Positions 35,667-48,886 of a stretch of DNA of 64,000 nucleotides are shown here, in pieces. Made by a program: the position numbers and the translations under genes. Under the pieces are notes generated by a model that saw only the letters and a list, made by a program, of their open reading frames with translations, had not been told where the DNA came from and searched no databases. Location: the NCBI RefSeq assembly GCF_000002865.3, contig NW_001865050.1:66429-130428 (forward strand). Reading direction: 5' to 3'. Source of the DNA: Monosiga brevicollis MX1 (taxonomy: Eukaryota). How positions within the stretch are numbered: the first letter of the stretch is position 1; each line of letters begins with the position of its first letter.

Positions 35667-38600
35667 GCGCGCGCGCGCGCGTATGCCTTTTTTGCGGCTG
35701 TGCTTCGTACCTGCCACTTTAGTAAACACGGGCTCGGTGACCATGGCGCCGCGTTGAAGCGAAAGGTCCAGCGTGCCACCAAACCGAAAAGTAATGCTGT
35801 CGCGCACATGGATCTGCAACAAGCGACGATTCATGTACAGCTGGCGAGCCAACAAGGTCACAAACTCGCCGATGCGCTCGCCTCCAGACTTAAAGTACAG
35901 GACCAGGTCGTTGGTGTCGCGGAGGTGCAGCACAATCACCGGCTCGGCCTGCGAGGGGATGGTGACAGCGTCCACGTGCATCAACTGGATAGGGTCCGAC
36001 CCAAGCTTGTACTCCTTCAAAGGGTCCAATTTGAGCAGTGCCTTGTCAGTCATGACAAAGCCACGCAGTTGTGTCTTGCCCTGCACATGTACACGTATAT
36101 TCGGGTTTTTGGCATTCAAATGGGAGTGCAAAAGGATTGGACGGAAGTGAGGCCAGTGGTGGTGGAGCAGGGAACTCGAGGTCGTTCAAGGTGCGACACG
36201 ATACGTACGCGGTGGGAAAGCTTGTACACCAGCGTAGAAAAGAGCACCCTCGAGCCATTGCCCTGCACGCGATGCCAGCAGCATCCACGGTGAGCAATGC
36301 ACTGTGCTGGCCTGAATTGCAAACTACAAAGTCACCGCTAGGCCATGCTCATGGAGTCCCGCCTTCTGACCTGAGACAGCAGGCCCTTGACGCTTTGCTC
36401 ATAGAGTGCCGGTGCATCGTTTTCCATCGGGAGAGACAAATAGTCCCCTTCCCATGCTCGCTGGAGGCCCCAGTAGGAGGTGCGGCGGTGCAACAGGACA
36501 TAGCCCAGCACCTTCAAGCGCATGGCTTGTTGCAAGTCTTCCGACATGCTGCAAAGTCCATCGTACAGGATCCGCGACCACGAAAAAATGTCAAAAAAAA
36601 AAAAAAAAAAAAAGAGGTGCGACAAGCGGGGCAAAGCCGAGAGAAACCCCCCCATGAGGACCTCACCGAGCAACGATCTGACGTGCACGCCACTTTTTGT
36701 GGATATACTGCAGCGACTGCGTAAATTTGTCCAAGACCGCTGGGGCCGCTGGCCATACCTGCCAACCAAGAAGCGACCATGAGCGCGCATCGTTAAGCGA
36801 GAAGCTTCATGGTGATGCCAGACAAAGGAACAAAAGGGCGAAAAGGGTGGGGCTGCTATCACGTACAATGTCACGGCCATAATCGGGGTCCTGCGCGACG
36901 TTGGCAAAGGCACGCTGAATTTTGATAAAGTGTTTGCGCAACTTGTAGTTGCGAAACACCCGCAGAATCACCAGGACAGCCCGCAAACGGCGCACGTAGC
37001 GTCGTGCCATAAAGGCGCGCCAGCGTGCCTGGATGACGACGACTAGGTCTGGAATCTTGGCCTTGCGTGCATTTTCCAAAAGTGCGAGCGTATTGGGCTT
37101 GCGAATGAAGATCTTGGTCTTGCCCAACGCCACGTCGTGGTCCTTGTTGGGTGGAAAGTCCAGGCGAAACTGGTAGCAAATCTTCAAGACGCCCTCTGCC
37201 AGGTCACCACTACCAGTGCAAAAGCATCACAAGGGAAGCGACATGGGAGGTGCACATTACACTCAGAGTTCCAAACAGTCAAACATTGCGATGGACCCGA
37301 AAACTTACCGCCAATTGGGCCACGTTTCATCGCAAAGCATCTTGTAGCGGTCGATGAAGATTTCAAACTTTTGCCGATTGGCATAGCCAGCTCGACGCAC
37401 CCGCACGTTCTCCATAAGACCCAAATAGGCCACCTAAATATGCCCCAGTCGTGGCGTGAGCAAAAACACAACACGTGGGCGCAACGGTTCAAGGGCAAGA
37501 AATAGCAAACGATGAAGCAAGAGCAGAACATTCACACAGAGATGCGAGATCCGACTTTACACATGAGTAACAAACCAAGCATACCTGGTGGCGAACGCGC
37601 GTCTCGTTAAACTCGACAGAGGACTTGGATTCGTTGGGCTTGATGCATCTATGAGCTCGGCAGGGGCAACGCCCTTGTAGATGAGGGCGCAAATTCAAGA
37701 GTGGAGCACGCATGGGCAAGCCTTAAAGTCACATACCGCACGTAAAAAGGCTCCTTCAGCTCGAGCTGCTCTACAAGCGCTTTCATCGAGGTGCGGAACG
37801 ACTTGCCCGCCGTGACGGGGCGCTTGTTGACAGCCGCAATGTCTTGGGCACCCTCGGGCCACATCTGATCGTTGGGCGTGGGTGAAAGTTGCATGGATCA
37901 TGAGATGTATACCTCTGTCACAACGTGCCGAGTACCGGAAAAAGCGCACCTTTTGCAGAACGCCGTTGCGCGAGTGATACAGCAAGCGCTTGAGATCTTG
38001 GAACAAGGTGTCGCGATTCTTCTCCAGAAAGCCAGGCACCTAGCAAGCAATGCATCCCACAAATTGTGAGTGTGCACGCCACAATGGCTGCAAAGTACGA
38101 GGGGATGCTGGGCCTGCTGGGCCTTCAGTCTTGTGTAAGAACCTGATAAGTGACGTCGCCTGCAAAATGCTTCAGTTGAAAGTCGACGCCCAAGCGAAGC
38201 TGCTTGTTATTACGGTCCGTCTGCGCCAGGCGCAGATAAGTCCGTCAATGGATGGAATAAAAATAAAAAATAAAAAGTAAAAAAATAAACTCCCTCCTCC
38301 CCACCGTCACGTTGCACGAGCAAATGTCGACGAGATCAGACACAGACCATGCGAGAGGTGTAATGGTCGTGTCGCGTGAGCTCCTTGTCCATGTGATCCA
38401 GAAAGTCTTCATCCGTCATCTTGCCCACCATGAGACACTTTTCATCAAGAATGCCCAAGATGCCGCTCCGCTGACTCTCGATCAGCTCGCAAATCACACG
38501 ATTGTTGAAGAACTGGGCACGACCAAACCAGCACGATTCAGAGATCAGCCGCGAATGGATGGCGAGGTGCGGCTGAAAAAAAGCAGGTGATGCCAATCGT

Positions 38601-41153
38601 ACCTTGACATCTGTCCAAGTGATGCCCTCGGCGCGATATTCTTCCTGCTCACGCTTGAGAACCTATATTATTTCGTCAGCAAGGCCTGCGTCAGCTCATG
38701 CCCTCACATAGAAGGGCAGCCCACAAACGCCAACATGGATGCGGACATGTGGTCTCACCAGCTCAATGAAAAGCTGCTGCAGCTTTTCATTGCAGTAGTT
38801 GATGCACAGTTGCTCAAAGCCGTTGTTGTCAAAGATCTCAAAGCCGTAAATGTCCAGGACACCGATCACGGTCGTACGACCGCCGGTGTCGCGGACTTGG
38901 ATGGCATCGTTGATGGCCTGCACAATCGTCGAAAAAGTTCGCTCGTACAGCGCCTGAAAAAGCAGGTCCGTGCAGATGATAGAAGAAGAAACCATGGCCC
39001 AAAGTTTTGAGGTGAGCAACACCACTGAGCCAGCCCACCACAAAAAGCTCGTTACAGGGCTTGGGACAAACCTTGGCCAGGGCATCGCGAGCAATTTCGG
39101 CCTCGCCTTGCTTGAGGGGCTTTTTGACCACCTCGCCACGAGCGGCCACCACGCTATTCACCATCAAGATTCCAGGTTAGACGCAGAATCTCTCACATCT
39201 CTAGAGCCAGAAGGCAAGCGATCTGTACCAACCGGGTGGTCAGGGCGGCCTCTAGCTCGGGCTGTTGCAGGTCCAGAAGTTGGCAAATGGAGCGTACGTG
39301 CTCCGAGTTGACGAGCTGCGGTGGGCAGGAGCTTGGGGTCAATATGTAACCCCTTGCGAGTTGGCGTCTGGTGCTGCACGCGAGCATACCTTGCAATTGT
39401 CGCCGACTTTCTCAAACGACAAATTTCCAAGATGCAACACAGAGGCCACGATATTCCAAACAGTTTTCTGGACCTCTGGGTCAAAACCAATGGATTGCAT
39501 GGCCTCACTGGCCTCGCGATAGTCGCGCTTGTCGTTGATGCCGCGCACTGCGACAGTTTTGCCCCCATTGGCATATGCATACTTGGTGGCGTCGGCTTGC
39601 AGGCCCATCCGGCGTAAATCGGCATCACCAGCGCCGGCCAAGAGCTGATAGAAAACATGAAAGTTGCGTTCACCCTCCTGAAGCGAGTATTGAACACAGT
39701 GGATTAGGCTGGTGGATCAGGTTGGCCGGCCCGACGAGGAGCAAACGAGGGCGCGCCTGGCATGCTGTGGCGTACCTGTTGGCCCACCACACGGGCCTTT
39801 TCCAGCAAGTAGTTTTGGATATGACCGCCAATTGGATCGCCTACAGAGGGCGATGCCCAGGTCAACGATGCAAATGAGGTGGCTTTGGGGTTGGAGGCAA
39901 GTCCATTTCTAGACCACGGTCGGGCTGGGAGAGCCGTGATGTATGCACGTGCCTTTGTAATCAAAATTGATGGCCATGTATTTGCCAAACCGGCTGGAAT
40001 TGTCATTGCGATTGGTGCGGGCGTTGCCAAAGGACTCAAGGACCGCGTTGCTCTTCAAAAGCTGCGCGAGCGGTTGGGCGCAGTGCCATCGATGAGTGCA
40101 AATCAAGAACAAGAACAAGGAGTGGGGGTAGGGCGAAAGGCAGGCAAAGCGGATACCATCTCTTTGACGCGTTCAATCTCTGCCTGTTGACTGGGGTTGG
40201 TGACTTTGGCAATGTAGCGCATGATGATTTTGCTGGCCTCGGTTTTACCGGCGCCGCTCTCGCCTGCAAATTACGTACGCCATGGCAATGTATCAGACGG
40301 TGGGCAGACCACCCCCTGCTCGAGTGCAAAGCAAGAATTTCTCGATCCCGGCCCGCAGCTGCCGGTATGCATTCCGCTTGACTCTGGTGTGCGCAAGGAC
40401 GGACCTGAAATGACAATGCAGGTGTCCTTGGACAGTCGCTTCATGGCTCGGTAGGCAGCATCGGCAAGCGCAAAAATATGTGGATCGCGCTCGTACATCT
40501 AAACCACGAGTACAAAGGATGTCAAAGGTCATGGAACCGCGACACCGGCACACGAAACGATCAAGTTGGGAGTTGAGTCAGGCATTTGGGTGCGTGGGTA
40601 TGAGGATTAGACGGCAGTCAGTTGGCACACCTCACGACTGCGATATTCTTTGATCATCTTGTCTCCGTAAATGTCCAATGAGCTAGATCACGAAGCCAAG
40701 GCCACCGCAACCGCAACAAAGCACAGTCAGTTCAACGTGTGCGTAATCAATGGCGCGAGGCGCGCATGTATGGGGCAGTCTGGCAGATGGCTTTGGCCCA
40801 ACAAGAGCAAGCGCGAGGGGCGGGAGGGGGCGAGAGAAGCGGTCGGGGGCACAGACCGATATGGGTTGACGGAGATGACGACTTCGCCAATGTAGGTGTA
40901 GATAAAGCCATTGGAAAAGCGTAGCTTGAGGTTGTCGAGAAAGGCATCCTGTGCAAGTCCGAGCGATGATTGATTGCGACGCGTGAGACCAGCGCTGGGC
41001 ATGCGCCGCTCCAGTGCAACGCCCACTTGGCCACTAAACCCCGAAACAATGGGGTCTGGGACATCCCAAGCGCGGAAGACACACCTCGGTCACGGGCTCC
41101 AAGAGAATGGCATCGCCCACACCCGCCTCGGCGGTGCGCTTGTACAGCGCCAT
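35498..41153 (-). CDS. MYO1: Class I myosin (short-tailed, TH1; MYO1D/G-like)
   Basis: [99 protein letters not shown] motif [14 protein letters not shown]1 tail (W.GDYL). Stop at 35498. Confidence 0.95.
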
Positions 41154-41802
41154 GAGCCCGGTGACTTGCAGGAGACCAACTCAGCACGCCAGAGAAAAGC
41201 AGTTGAAGACACTGGCAAAGACAAGCAGGCTCTACATTCAACACCGACAATCTGTCACATCCAAACACCCGCACATGAGACAATATCACCAGATTACCCG
41301 TCCGCGCAGGAGGCATGGCATGCCCGAGTCCTGAATGCCTTTGGCGGGAGGGAGAGAGGCGATGCCGAGCTGCCATTTGCATCTCTGTGTGTGTCTCTCT
41401 CTCTCTCTCTTTCTTACTGTCAAGTCAAAAGTAAGCAACAACTCTGACTTGTGATTGTGTGGTTTTAGAGATGATGCTTAGAGATGACTCTAGGGTGGAA
41501 ATCAAGGTGAAAGCAGAGGTTGGAAATCAACATCTTTCTGTGCAGATCGCGGGATGGTCTCGCCTCTGATCCTGGTTTTTAAACCCCCCCTTGAGTGCGC
41601 CAGCCTTCACCTTGCTCAGTAATGGCATCTGGGCGCACGGGCGCATGATAACTCACTGGCATTCATCCGACACGGGCCGGCCCCGCTGCCGGTCTCGTCA
41701 CCACAAGAGCAAAAAGTATTTCACTCCCAAAGTCAAAGCCTGATGACGGGATCTCGTAGCCAAGTGATAGTAAAATACTTTTTTCTGCTTCTTGAAGCCA
41801 AC

Positions 41803-43189
41803 ATGCAGTTGCGGGTGCGACAGCGTCCGGCAGCGGATGGCAGCACGCACACGGTGCGGGTTGCCCTGGCTCAAGGCGCTACATGGGGGGACCTGCTGCG
41901 GGAGCTGGAACAACACCCTGAGGGTGGGCCGCGCTTTCACCTTGATAAGTATGTTTGGATGCACTCATGCGGCCAGGGCCGCAGCGCGCTGTGCCTGCTC
42001 GCTCACCATCGCCCGTGTGACGTCTCATGACACGCAGTGTACGCCCGTCGCTCAACGGCAAAACTCCGCTGAATGCCCTCCCCACCAATCACCTGACGGC
42101 TCTGGGCATTTGCGCTGGTGACCTCGTTTACCTGCTCACGCCACCTGGACACAATGCACCAGCAGCACCCGCGTCAGCAGCACCCGCGTCAGCAGTACCC
42201 GCGTCAGCAGTACCCGCGCCAGCAGCATCCGCACCAGAACTCACACCGAGTGCAAGCATGCCACCAGGGCCGAATGCAATACCAGGCGGTCAAATCATAC
42301 CTAGCACCGCTCGCCCGTCGCCGCCGTCACTCACGCCGGCCAATGTCAGTAACGCGAGCTTCAGCACGCCACTTCAACTGTTAACTGAAGCCCTGCGCCG
42401 AGCGCTGGACACCCATGGTTGGACCATGCCCACGCTCAGCCCCGGCAACCCCATGCAGCGTGATCATATCTATGATCTCCACTTTCAATGGTCCGGTGTG
42501 GACGCCGGCTCGGGATCCACCAGCTCGGCTCACGTGGCCCTCACCTCGACGGGGCCCAGCCGGTTTCTCTGCCATGGCACAACGCGAGGCCCCACCTCTG
42601 GACGCACACGTCATCGATCAGCGATGATTAACCTCTCCACAGGTGCACATCGCGGCCCCGGTGTGCTCCTGGCCGAAGCCCAGCGCCAACTGGCCGACCA
42701 CTTGGCCCACCCCTTGAGTCTTGATGCGCGATATCAGCGAGGCCTGGACACGAGCGACTGCCTTGAAGGCCTGCCTCGGGATGCTTTGTGGCGTGTGCTT
42801 TCTTTTTTGGCGCCCGCCGACCTGAACAACCTGGCCTTGGCCTCTGCTCCCTTGGCTCGTGAGGTCTGTACCCTTTGCACATCACTCTTCCAGGCCCATC
42901 TGCCTCCCCTTTGTTCAATTGTTAGCTCATGCCGTGTGATGTGATTATGTTGTTGTCCGTTTGCTCGCACCCCCATGGGCAGCTGGCGCAGGAAAACGTG
43001 TGGCAATGGCTGTGCCAGGGCATTCAGGTGTACCGGCGCTCAGCACCAACCTGGCAGTCGGAGTACATCAATCATTGGCATGCCCATCGTCGACGCAATC
43101 CGTCCTACCGCCGAACCAGAAGCCGCCCCAATCTTGATGACCTTGACATCAACCCCGACTTTGACGCCGCGCGTCCATATTGGTTCTGA
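41803..43189 (+). CDS. FBXO7: Ubl + FP-like + F-box protein (FBXO7-like)
   Basis: N-terminal Ubl (MQLRVRQ...SLNGKTPL...LTALGICAGDLVYL); F-box LEGLPRDALWRVLSFLAPADLNNLALAS followed by ENVWQWL; PASA 15-bp repeats at ~42160-42236. Confidence 0.65.
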
Positions 43190-43450
43190 CGCGTGACCCG
43201 CAAGTTGCCGCTTCCCTGAATCGACCCCATCATCCATAGCAACTTTTTACGATGAATTTAGCAGTAGATTGGACACTGCAACACAATAATCGAACCTTGC
43301 CCCTGGCCGCCATGTGCAACCTCGATGGTCTGACCGTCACACCACCTTTTTCATCATGTCGAAATAAAACTACACCACCACCGCCGCCGCCGCCGCGAAC
43401 AACCTCCCTTAGGAAGAACAATTGGAAATCTGACAATCATTTCTCTGCGC

Positions 43451-43645
43451 TCTCAAATCTCAAACTCTCTCTCTCAAACTCTCTCTCTCTCAAACTCTCT
43501 CTCTCTCAAACTCTCTCTCTCTCAAACTCTCTCTCTCTCAAACTCTCTCTCTCTCTCAAACTCTCTCTCTCAAACTCTCTCTTTCTCTCTTTCTCTAACT
43601 CTCTCAACCTTTCTCAAACTCTCTCAACTCTCTCAAACTTCTCTC
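43451..43645. repeat. CT-rich minisatellite (CTCTCTCT...CAAA units)
   Basis: Tandem (CT)nCAAA units upstream of the K+ channel gene. Confidence 0.9.
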
Positions 43646-43942
43646 AAGCTTCTCTCCATCTCTGCTGGCCATCTGCAGTTTTTGGGCGCGGCGGCGGAGA
43701 CGGCTTGGTTGACAGACATCGTCTAGGGGCGCGCCATCACAGTTGGATGGTCCTGGGGTGTGGGGAGAGAACGACTGCCAGTTGAAAACGAGGCGGTCTG
43801 TCATTTAGCCGTTGTGCGGACAAGAGCACCCAATACCCGAGCCAGTCTGCAAACAGGACCGGGCCCTTCGTCTTCCTTTTTTCTTCCTTCCACCTACAAA
43901 GAACAAGCTCGACTGGATTTGCATCAGGGTACGACGGACACC

Positions 43943-45727
43943 ATGCCGGCCGTGGCCGTGGCGGTAGCCGCAGCCGGCGAATCTGGTTCTCATCAAGTCA
44001 GGGACATGGAGCTGGACACCGGCAGCTCGACGCCTGAGGTTTGCACTCTTGCCTCCTCGTGAATCGGCAGAAAAGGACAATCCAGCTAGGCTGTTCGCCG
44101 TCCAACCCTGATCACACCCAGGCCTTCTCATGAGTCAGAGTGGCCCGCTGCACGCAGGAGACACCGCATCGTGTGCCTTACGGTCTCACGGGCACCCTGC
44201 GGCGCATGGCTCACATCAATTATCACGACATCTACTCGCTGAACGCGTACGTCGATCTGCTTGAAAGTTGATGCAAGAAAAGCTCATGCTCTCTGCGCTC
44301 ATCCGCAATGTTGTGGGGTGGGCACTAGGACCACGGTCTGGGTTCTCGTCTACTGTGTCTGCCACTTTGCTATCGGCGTCATCTTTTATACCCAAGTTGA
44401 GCAGGTGCGCTTGGTAGTGAGCGAGCCACTCCGCGGCATTTGATCAGATAAAAAAAAAATAGACACCTCACACCCAATGTGGCACGGTTGCAGTGGACCT
44501 TCACCGAGGCCCTGTATTTTACCGTTTGCACCCTTTCCACCGTGGGCTATGGTGACTTTAGCCCCAGCACTGAGGGCTCACAGGTTTGTGGCAGTTGAAT
44601 TGCACCTCGGTATAGGGGTTGACCTCTTTGTTGGGACCTTGGCTCACCACTGCTGTCGATGGACATGTCAATATGCCTGCTGACTTAGATTTTCACCTTT
44701 TTTTGGCTCCTCTTTGGATTGGGTCTATTCACGCTCTTGTTGGGTCTGCAATTTCGCACCGTTTCACGGCAGTCACAACTGCTAGAAACCTACGATGAAA
44801 TCGTCAGCCAGGTTCGACTCGGAGAGGTCGCCCGATCTTGCTCGCACCAGACTTTGCTAGCCACGGGTCTTGCTGTCCTGACCCTTGCATTGTCTGCATA
44901 GATGCGACCTGCTAGTGCAGCCGAACGATATTTAAAAAAGCGCCGACGCAACTTGATTCTGAATGGCTGCCTCTACGCCATCTTGCTCGTGTTCTTTCTC
45001 TGTGTGTAAACATGATGTGCCGGAGCACACGGGCTGCTGCCGTTCCGAGGAGTGTGCGCACCGAGTCTCATCGCTGCGAACCTGCGGTCTCGCTACCCTT
45101 TCTGTAGTCATTGGGACCCTCTTTTATTCACTCCGCCTCGACGTCTCTGTTGCCGAGGGCCTGTACTTCAGCCTTGTCACGGGCTCTTCGGTGCGTACAC
45201 GGCTAGACATCCCCGCATTGGTGAACCATCACCCCTGCCATATGACTTGCTTTTTACAACGCTTTTCGATTGCCAGGTGGGCTATGGAGATATTCATCCC
45301 AGCCGCAGTCGCGGTAACCTGGATTACGGATCCATGTGGTTTACCATCTTCTACATTACCTTCTTTGTCACGTTTGTCCTTCACTTCATTGGCTGGATTT
45401 CTACAGAAGTCTTTAATGTAAGTGTGTTCCATCTCGCAAGAAATCCAGCCAGCACGCCGCTTGCTTGACGTGCTTCTTTACTTCTATGCATATGCCCCCA
45501 CATTAGGCGGCTAGTCGGCGAAACCTGACTCACAGCCTTCCCGAGGTGAGCAAGATAACATCTAGTGTCTGCGCCAATGCCTGATTGTCTGATCAAAATA
45601 TTCGCCATTCGCAACCGATGCTTTTTCACGTCATGGCTGGGGACGGTGCAGAAGCTGACATCGCGCTTGATTCAATCCATCGATCAAAATGAGGATCGCC
45701 GCATCGATCGCACCGAGGTACGTTTCA

Positions 45728-45769
<42 letters not shown>

Positions 45770-46060
45770 CGTGGCGCTGTGCCCAAACTCAAGTGACAGG
45801 CTCACCTTGAGACGAGGGCCGATGGAATGGGCAACTGGCAGTTTTTGATGGCCGTGCTCGTGACAAACAAGATTGTGGACCAGTTGATGGTTGACATGAT
45901 TATGAAGCGTTACGAAGAACTGGACGTGGACAAAGATGGTTTCTTGACCAATGATGATGTTCGCGCTGTGACTCGAGCCGCTGTTGCTGGCAAGGCTGAG
46001 GAAGCCTCGCGCGGGAGCCGGGAGGCTTTCATAGAGGTTCGGGAAAACTCGTCGCTTTAA
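43943..46060 (+). CDS. Two-pore-domain K+ channel with C-terminal EF-hands (TPK/KCO-like)
   Basis: Pore 1 WTFTEALYFTVCTLSTVGYGDFSP; pore 2 EGLYFSLVTGSSVGYGDIHP (split by an intron); four TM segments; EF loops DQNEDRRIDRTE and DVDKDGFLTNDD. Confidence 0.88.
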
Positions 46061-46505
46061 ACTCAACAGGGTAAGCGATTGGTGATGGCCCATGAGTTGG
46101 GCGTGCCTTGTAGCAGTTGGGATACATTGGATTCAGAGCCTGATCATCACGCCAGCAACTGGCGTTTGCGTTTGTTTAATCTCCTTCCTGTTCAAACTTG
46201 TTTTGACTGCGTCGTTTCACGACATGAACTTGCGGGACACCAGGAGCTATTTGTGCGCTCAATTGACCTACACACCACACCGCAACTGACCGCGTTCCCC
46301 GTAAGGCATACCACAAAACACGTTGTGTGCTGGTCTTCCTAGTGACAACCAGCGTCTCTACTACCCTAAAACCGCAAGACATGGGCTGATCCGGCCCGTG
46401 TTGTCTGCATCGCGCGACACATGCTCGTTATTTGTTGTCGTTCTTGGCCAAAGCAAAATCTTGCTTGCCGCCACGACACCGCGAGGCGGGAAGCTGCAAA
46501 TCGGC

Positions 46506-47920
46506 TTAAAATTGCTGGCCTTGAATCTGGTAGACCTCGTCTTGATGACCTACATTGGCCGAGTGCTCGGCTTCAATCTCAGCTAGGGGGCGTACGGGTT
46601 GACAATAGACATCGAGGGCGCTAGGATCCTGGAACAAGGCTTCAGCCGTGGCGCGGGCCTCTTGCAGCGAGTCAACAGAGTCGGATCGTGAACGTCCAGT
46701 AATGAACATGTTCAAAAAGTCATCAAACTCTTGGGCCATTTCCTCATTCTCGCGCTGCGCTGCCAGCTCCTCCTATCGGGGTTGCACAGGGCCGCATGGA
46801 AGCATGATAGCAAGAGGGAGTTGGCATATTGGCCGCCGGCATCAGCCATCCAAGACTCGAGCAAGCCGGAGGGTGCCAATGTGACAGCAAAATCATCGAT
46901 GACGCACCTGTTCCTTGGAGAGCTCGCGCGCAGTGGATGTTGCCTGTTCCTGAGTGAGCTCACCGGCCTTGACGCGGTGCAAGAGGTCGAGTTGAGCCTC
47001 ATTGGAGATGGAAAAGGCCGCTTCCTCTTCCTCGCGGGTGGCGGCCAAAGCCAAGGCTTCGTCAATAGAAATGTGCTTTTCTTTGACAAGGCGCATGACC
47101 TCAAGTTGCGAGCGGTTGCTCAGGGTAAAGGTGCGACGAAGGGTGCTGGCATACACGCCAGCTGAGCCTGGATCATTGCGGCCAGCCACGGTGGAGCGTC
47201 GTACTGCCGAGCCGCCATCGGGCGCCACTGGGTTGTCATCGTCGCCGTCAGGCTCCAGATCAGCACCCCACACCTTGATCTGATCGGTGGAGCTCAAGAC
47301 GCTCACGGCGTTTGGATCGAGGTGCGTCATGACATGCTCGGCTGGAATGATCGGGGCCGCAGACGTAGCTGCTCGGATCTGGCTTGCTGCTTTAGGAGTC
47401 TTGCCAGACTTGCTGGCCGCCGAAGAAGCCTCGGATGCCTTGGCAGCGGTAGTGGTGATAGTGACCGGGCGGGTAGAGCGAGCGCCACCGACAGACTGTG
47501 CTTCCGACTTGACCTTGGTGGGTGAGACCGGCGGTGACTCAAACGGATCGGCTGCTGATGCGTCAGCAAACGGATTGGCTGAACTGGCCTTGCGCGATGG
47601 CCGGCTATGGGCAGTGGAAGCGGTACGAAGATGGTCAGGCACGATGCATGAGCCCAGTCACCCCAAGTCTCAAGGCACGACCAACAACGGAAGGGAGGCA
47701 AGGTAACCTTGAGCTCGAAGCAGACGGCGAATCGCCAAAAGGATTGCTTGAGGTACTGGAGATGCGCCGTGATCCTGTGGTGGCGGAAGGCAAAGATTGT
47801 CAGTCAGTCAGAGGACCTGAAGCGCCGAGATAGACAAACAACACATCTCAGCAGATCAGGCTGCGTACCAGCTGCTGCCGGGGACGCCCCATCCACCGCA
47901 AAGGGGTTGTGACTCGCCAT
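46506..47920 (-). CDS. Hypothetical disordered protein with NPF/DPF motifs and two short helical repeats
   Basis: Spliced exons give MASHNPF, SSNPFG, ANPFA and ADPFE; repeats QLEVMRLVKEKHISIDEA and QLDLLHRVKAGELTQEQA. Confidence 0.6.
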
Positions 47921-48886
47921 GGCTCAAGATCCCCCCTCAGAGCGCTGGCGTCGTCGTCGTCGTCGGAGCGTGTGTGTGCGTGAGAGAGAGACGAGAAATG
48001 AGAGATCGCGCACAAAAGTCCACAGCAGTAGCTTTACATTTACAAACACTATTTCACTTTATTGACATTAGCAGAACTGCATTTACCTCATTTTTGGCTA
48101 CAAGAAGTCATTGCTGTAAAACACATCAAACATCAACAAATGGTTCGAGTGCAACGTCTTACACACTGTTCATCAACAAAGCCATGGAATGTCAGCAATT
48201 CCATTGAGTAGCAATTATGTCAGATAAAATGATTCGATCGCCAACTTTGGTTGCGCATTCCAGCACTTGGGGATGGACCATTGTGGAGCTTTTGTAGCAA
48301 TAAACAGACTTTCTGCCGAAAATATTATTTTTTCTTATATTATACCTTGTAAATAACTAGAGTTATCGTTGTAGAGTATCAGGTTAATGTTGTCTCGAAG
48401 TGGAGTCGTCGGTCAAGTGCGACGTCATGGCATTGTCCTCTTCTACCGCTGCGTCTTCTCACACCGTTGCTTCAACAAGTCGGTAATAATTAAGGTTACT
48501 TGGCTTTATAAATCTGCATTTACTGGAACATTTACGACAACTTCTCTCATTTCCGCGACACTGCCTCAAGTGGTCGCACAGTGATCATCTCTCAAGAATT
48601 ATCCGACTTGGTGACGCGGAACGGCAGCGCCCTCACGGCCGAGGCAGAACGTTGCCTCTGGAATTGCATTTGCAAAACAGCAGGTTATCACGTTGAGTTG
48701 CCAAAACCGTCACGCCTGTTGGTTCTGGTCCACCTCTGGCGTATTGCGAGTGCCACTTGTGCTTTTGTTGTTGCTCTGCTTGTACCAGCGCGCCGCGCCA
48801 CGTCGAGAGCACCTTTGAGCCCCGCCTTGGCTCTTCTGCAACCGCAACCGCCTTTCTCCAGTCTTCCTGAGCTCTCAACAAGCACC

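Noticed and set aside
48184..48203. Short inverted repeat ATGGAAT...ATTCCAT
   Set aside because: A single 7-bp stem is expected by chance in AT-rich DNA.
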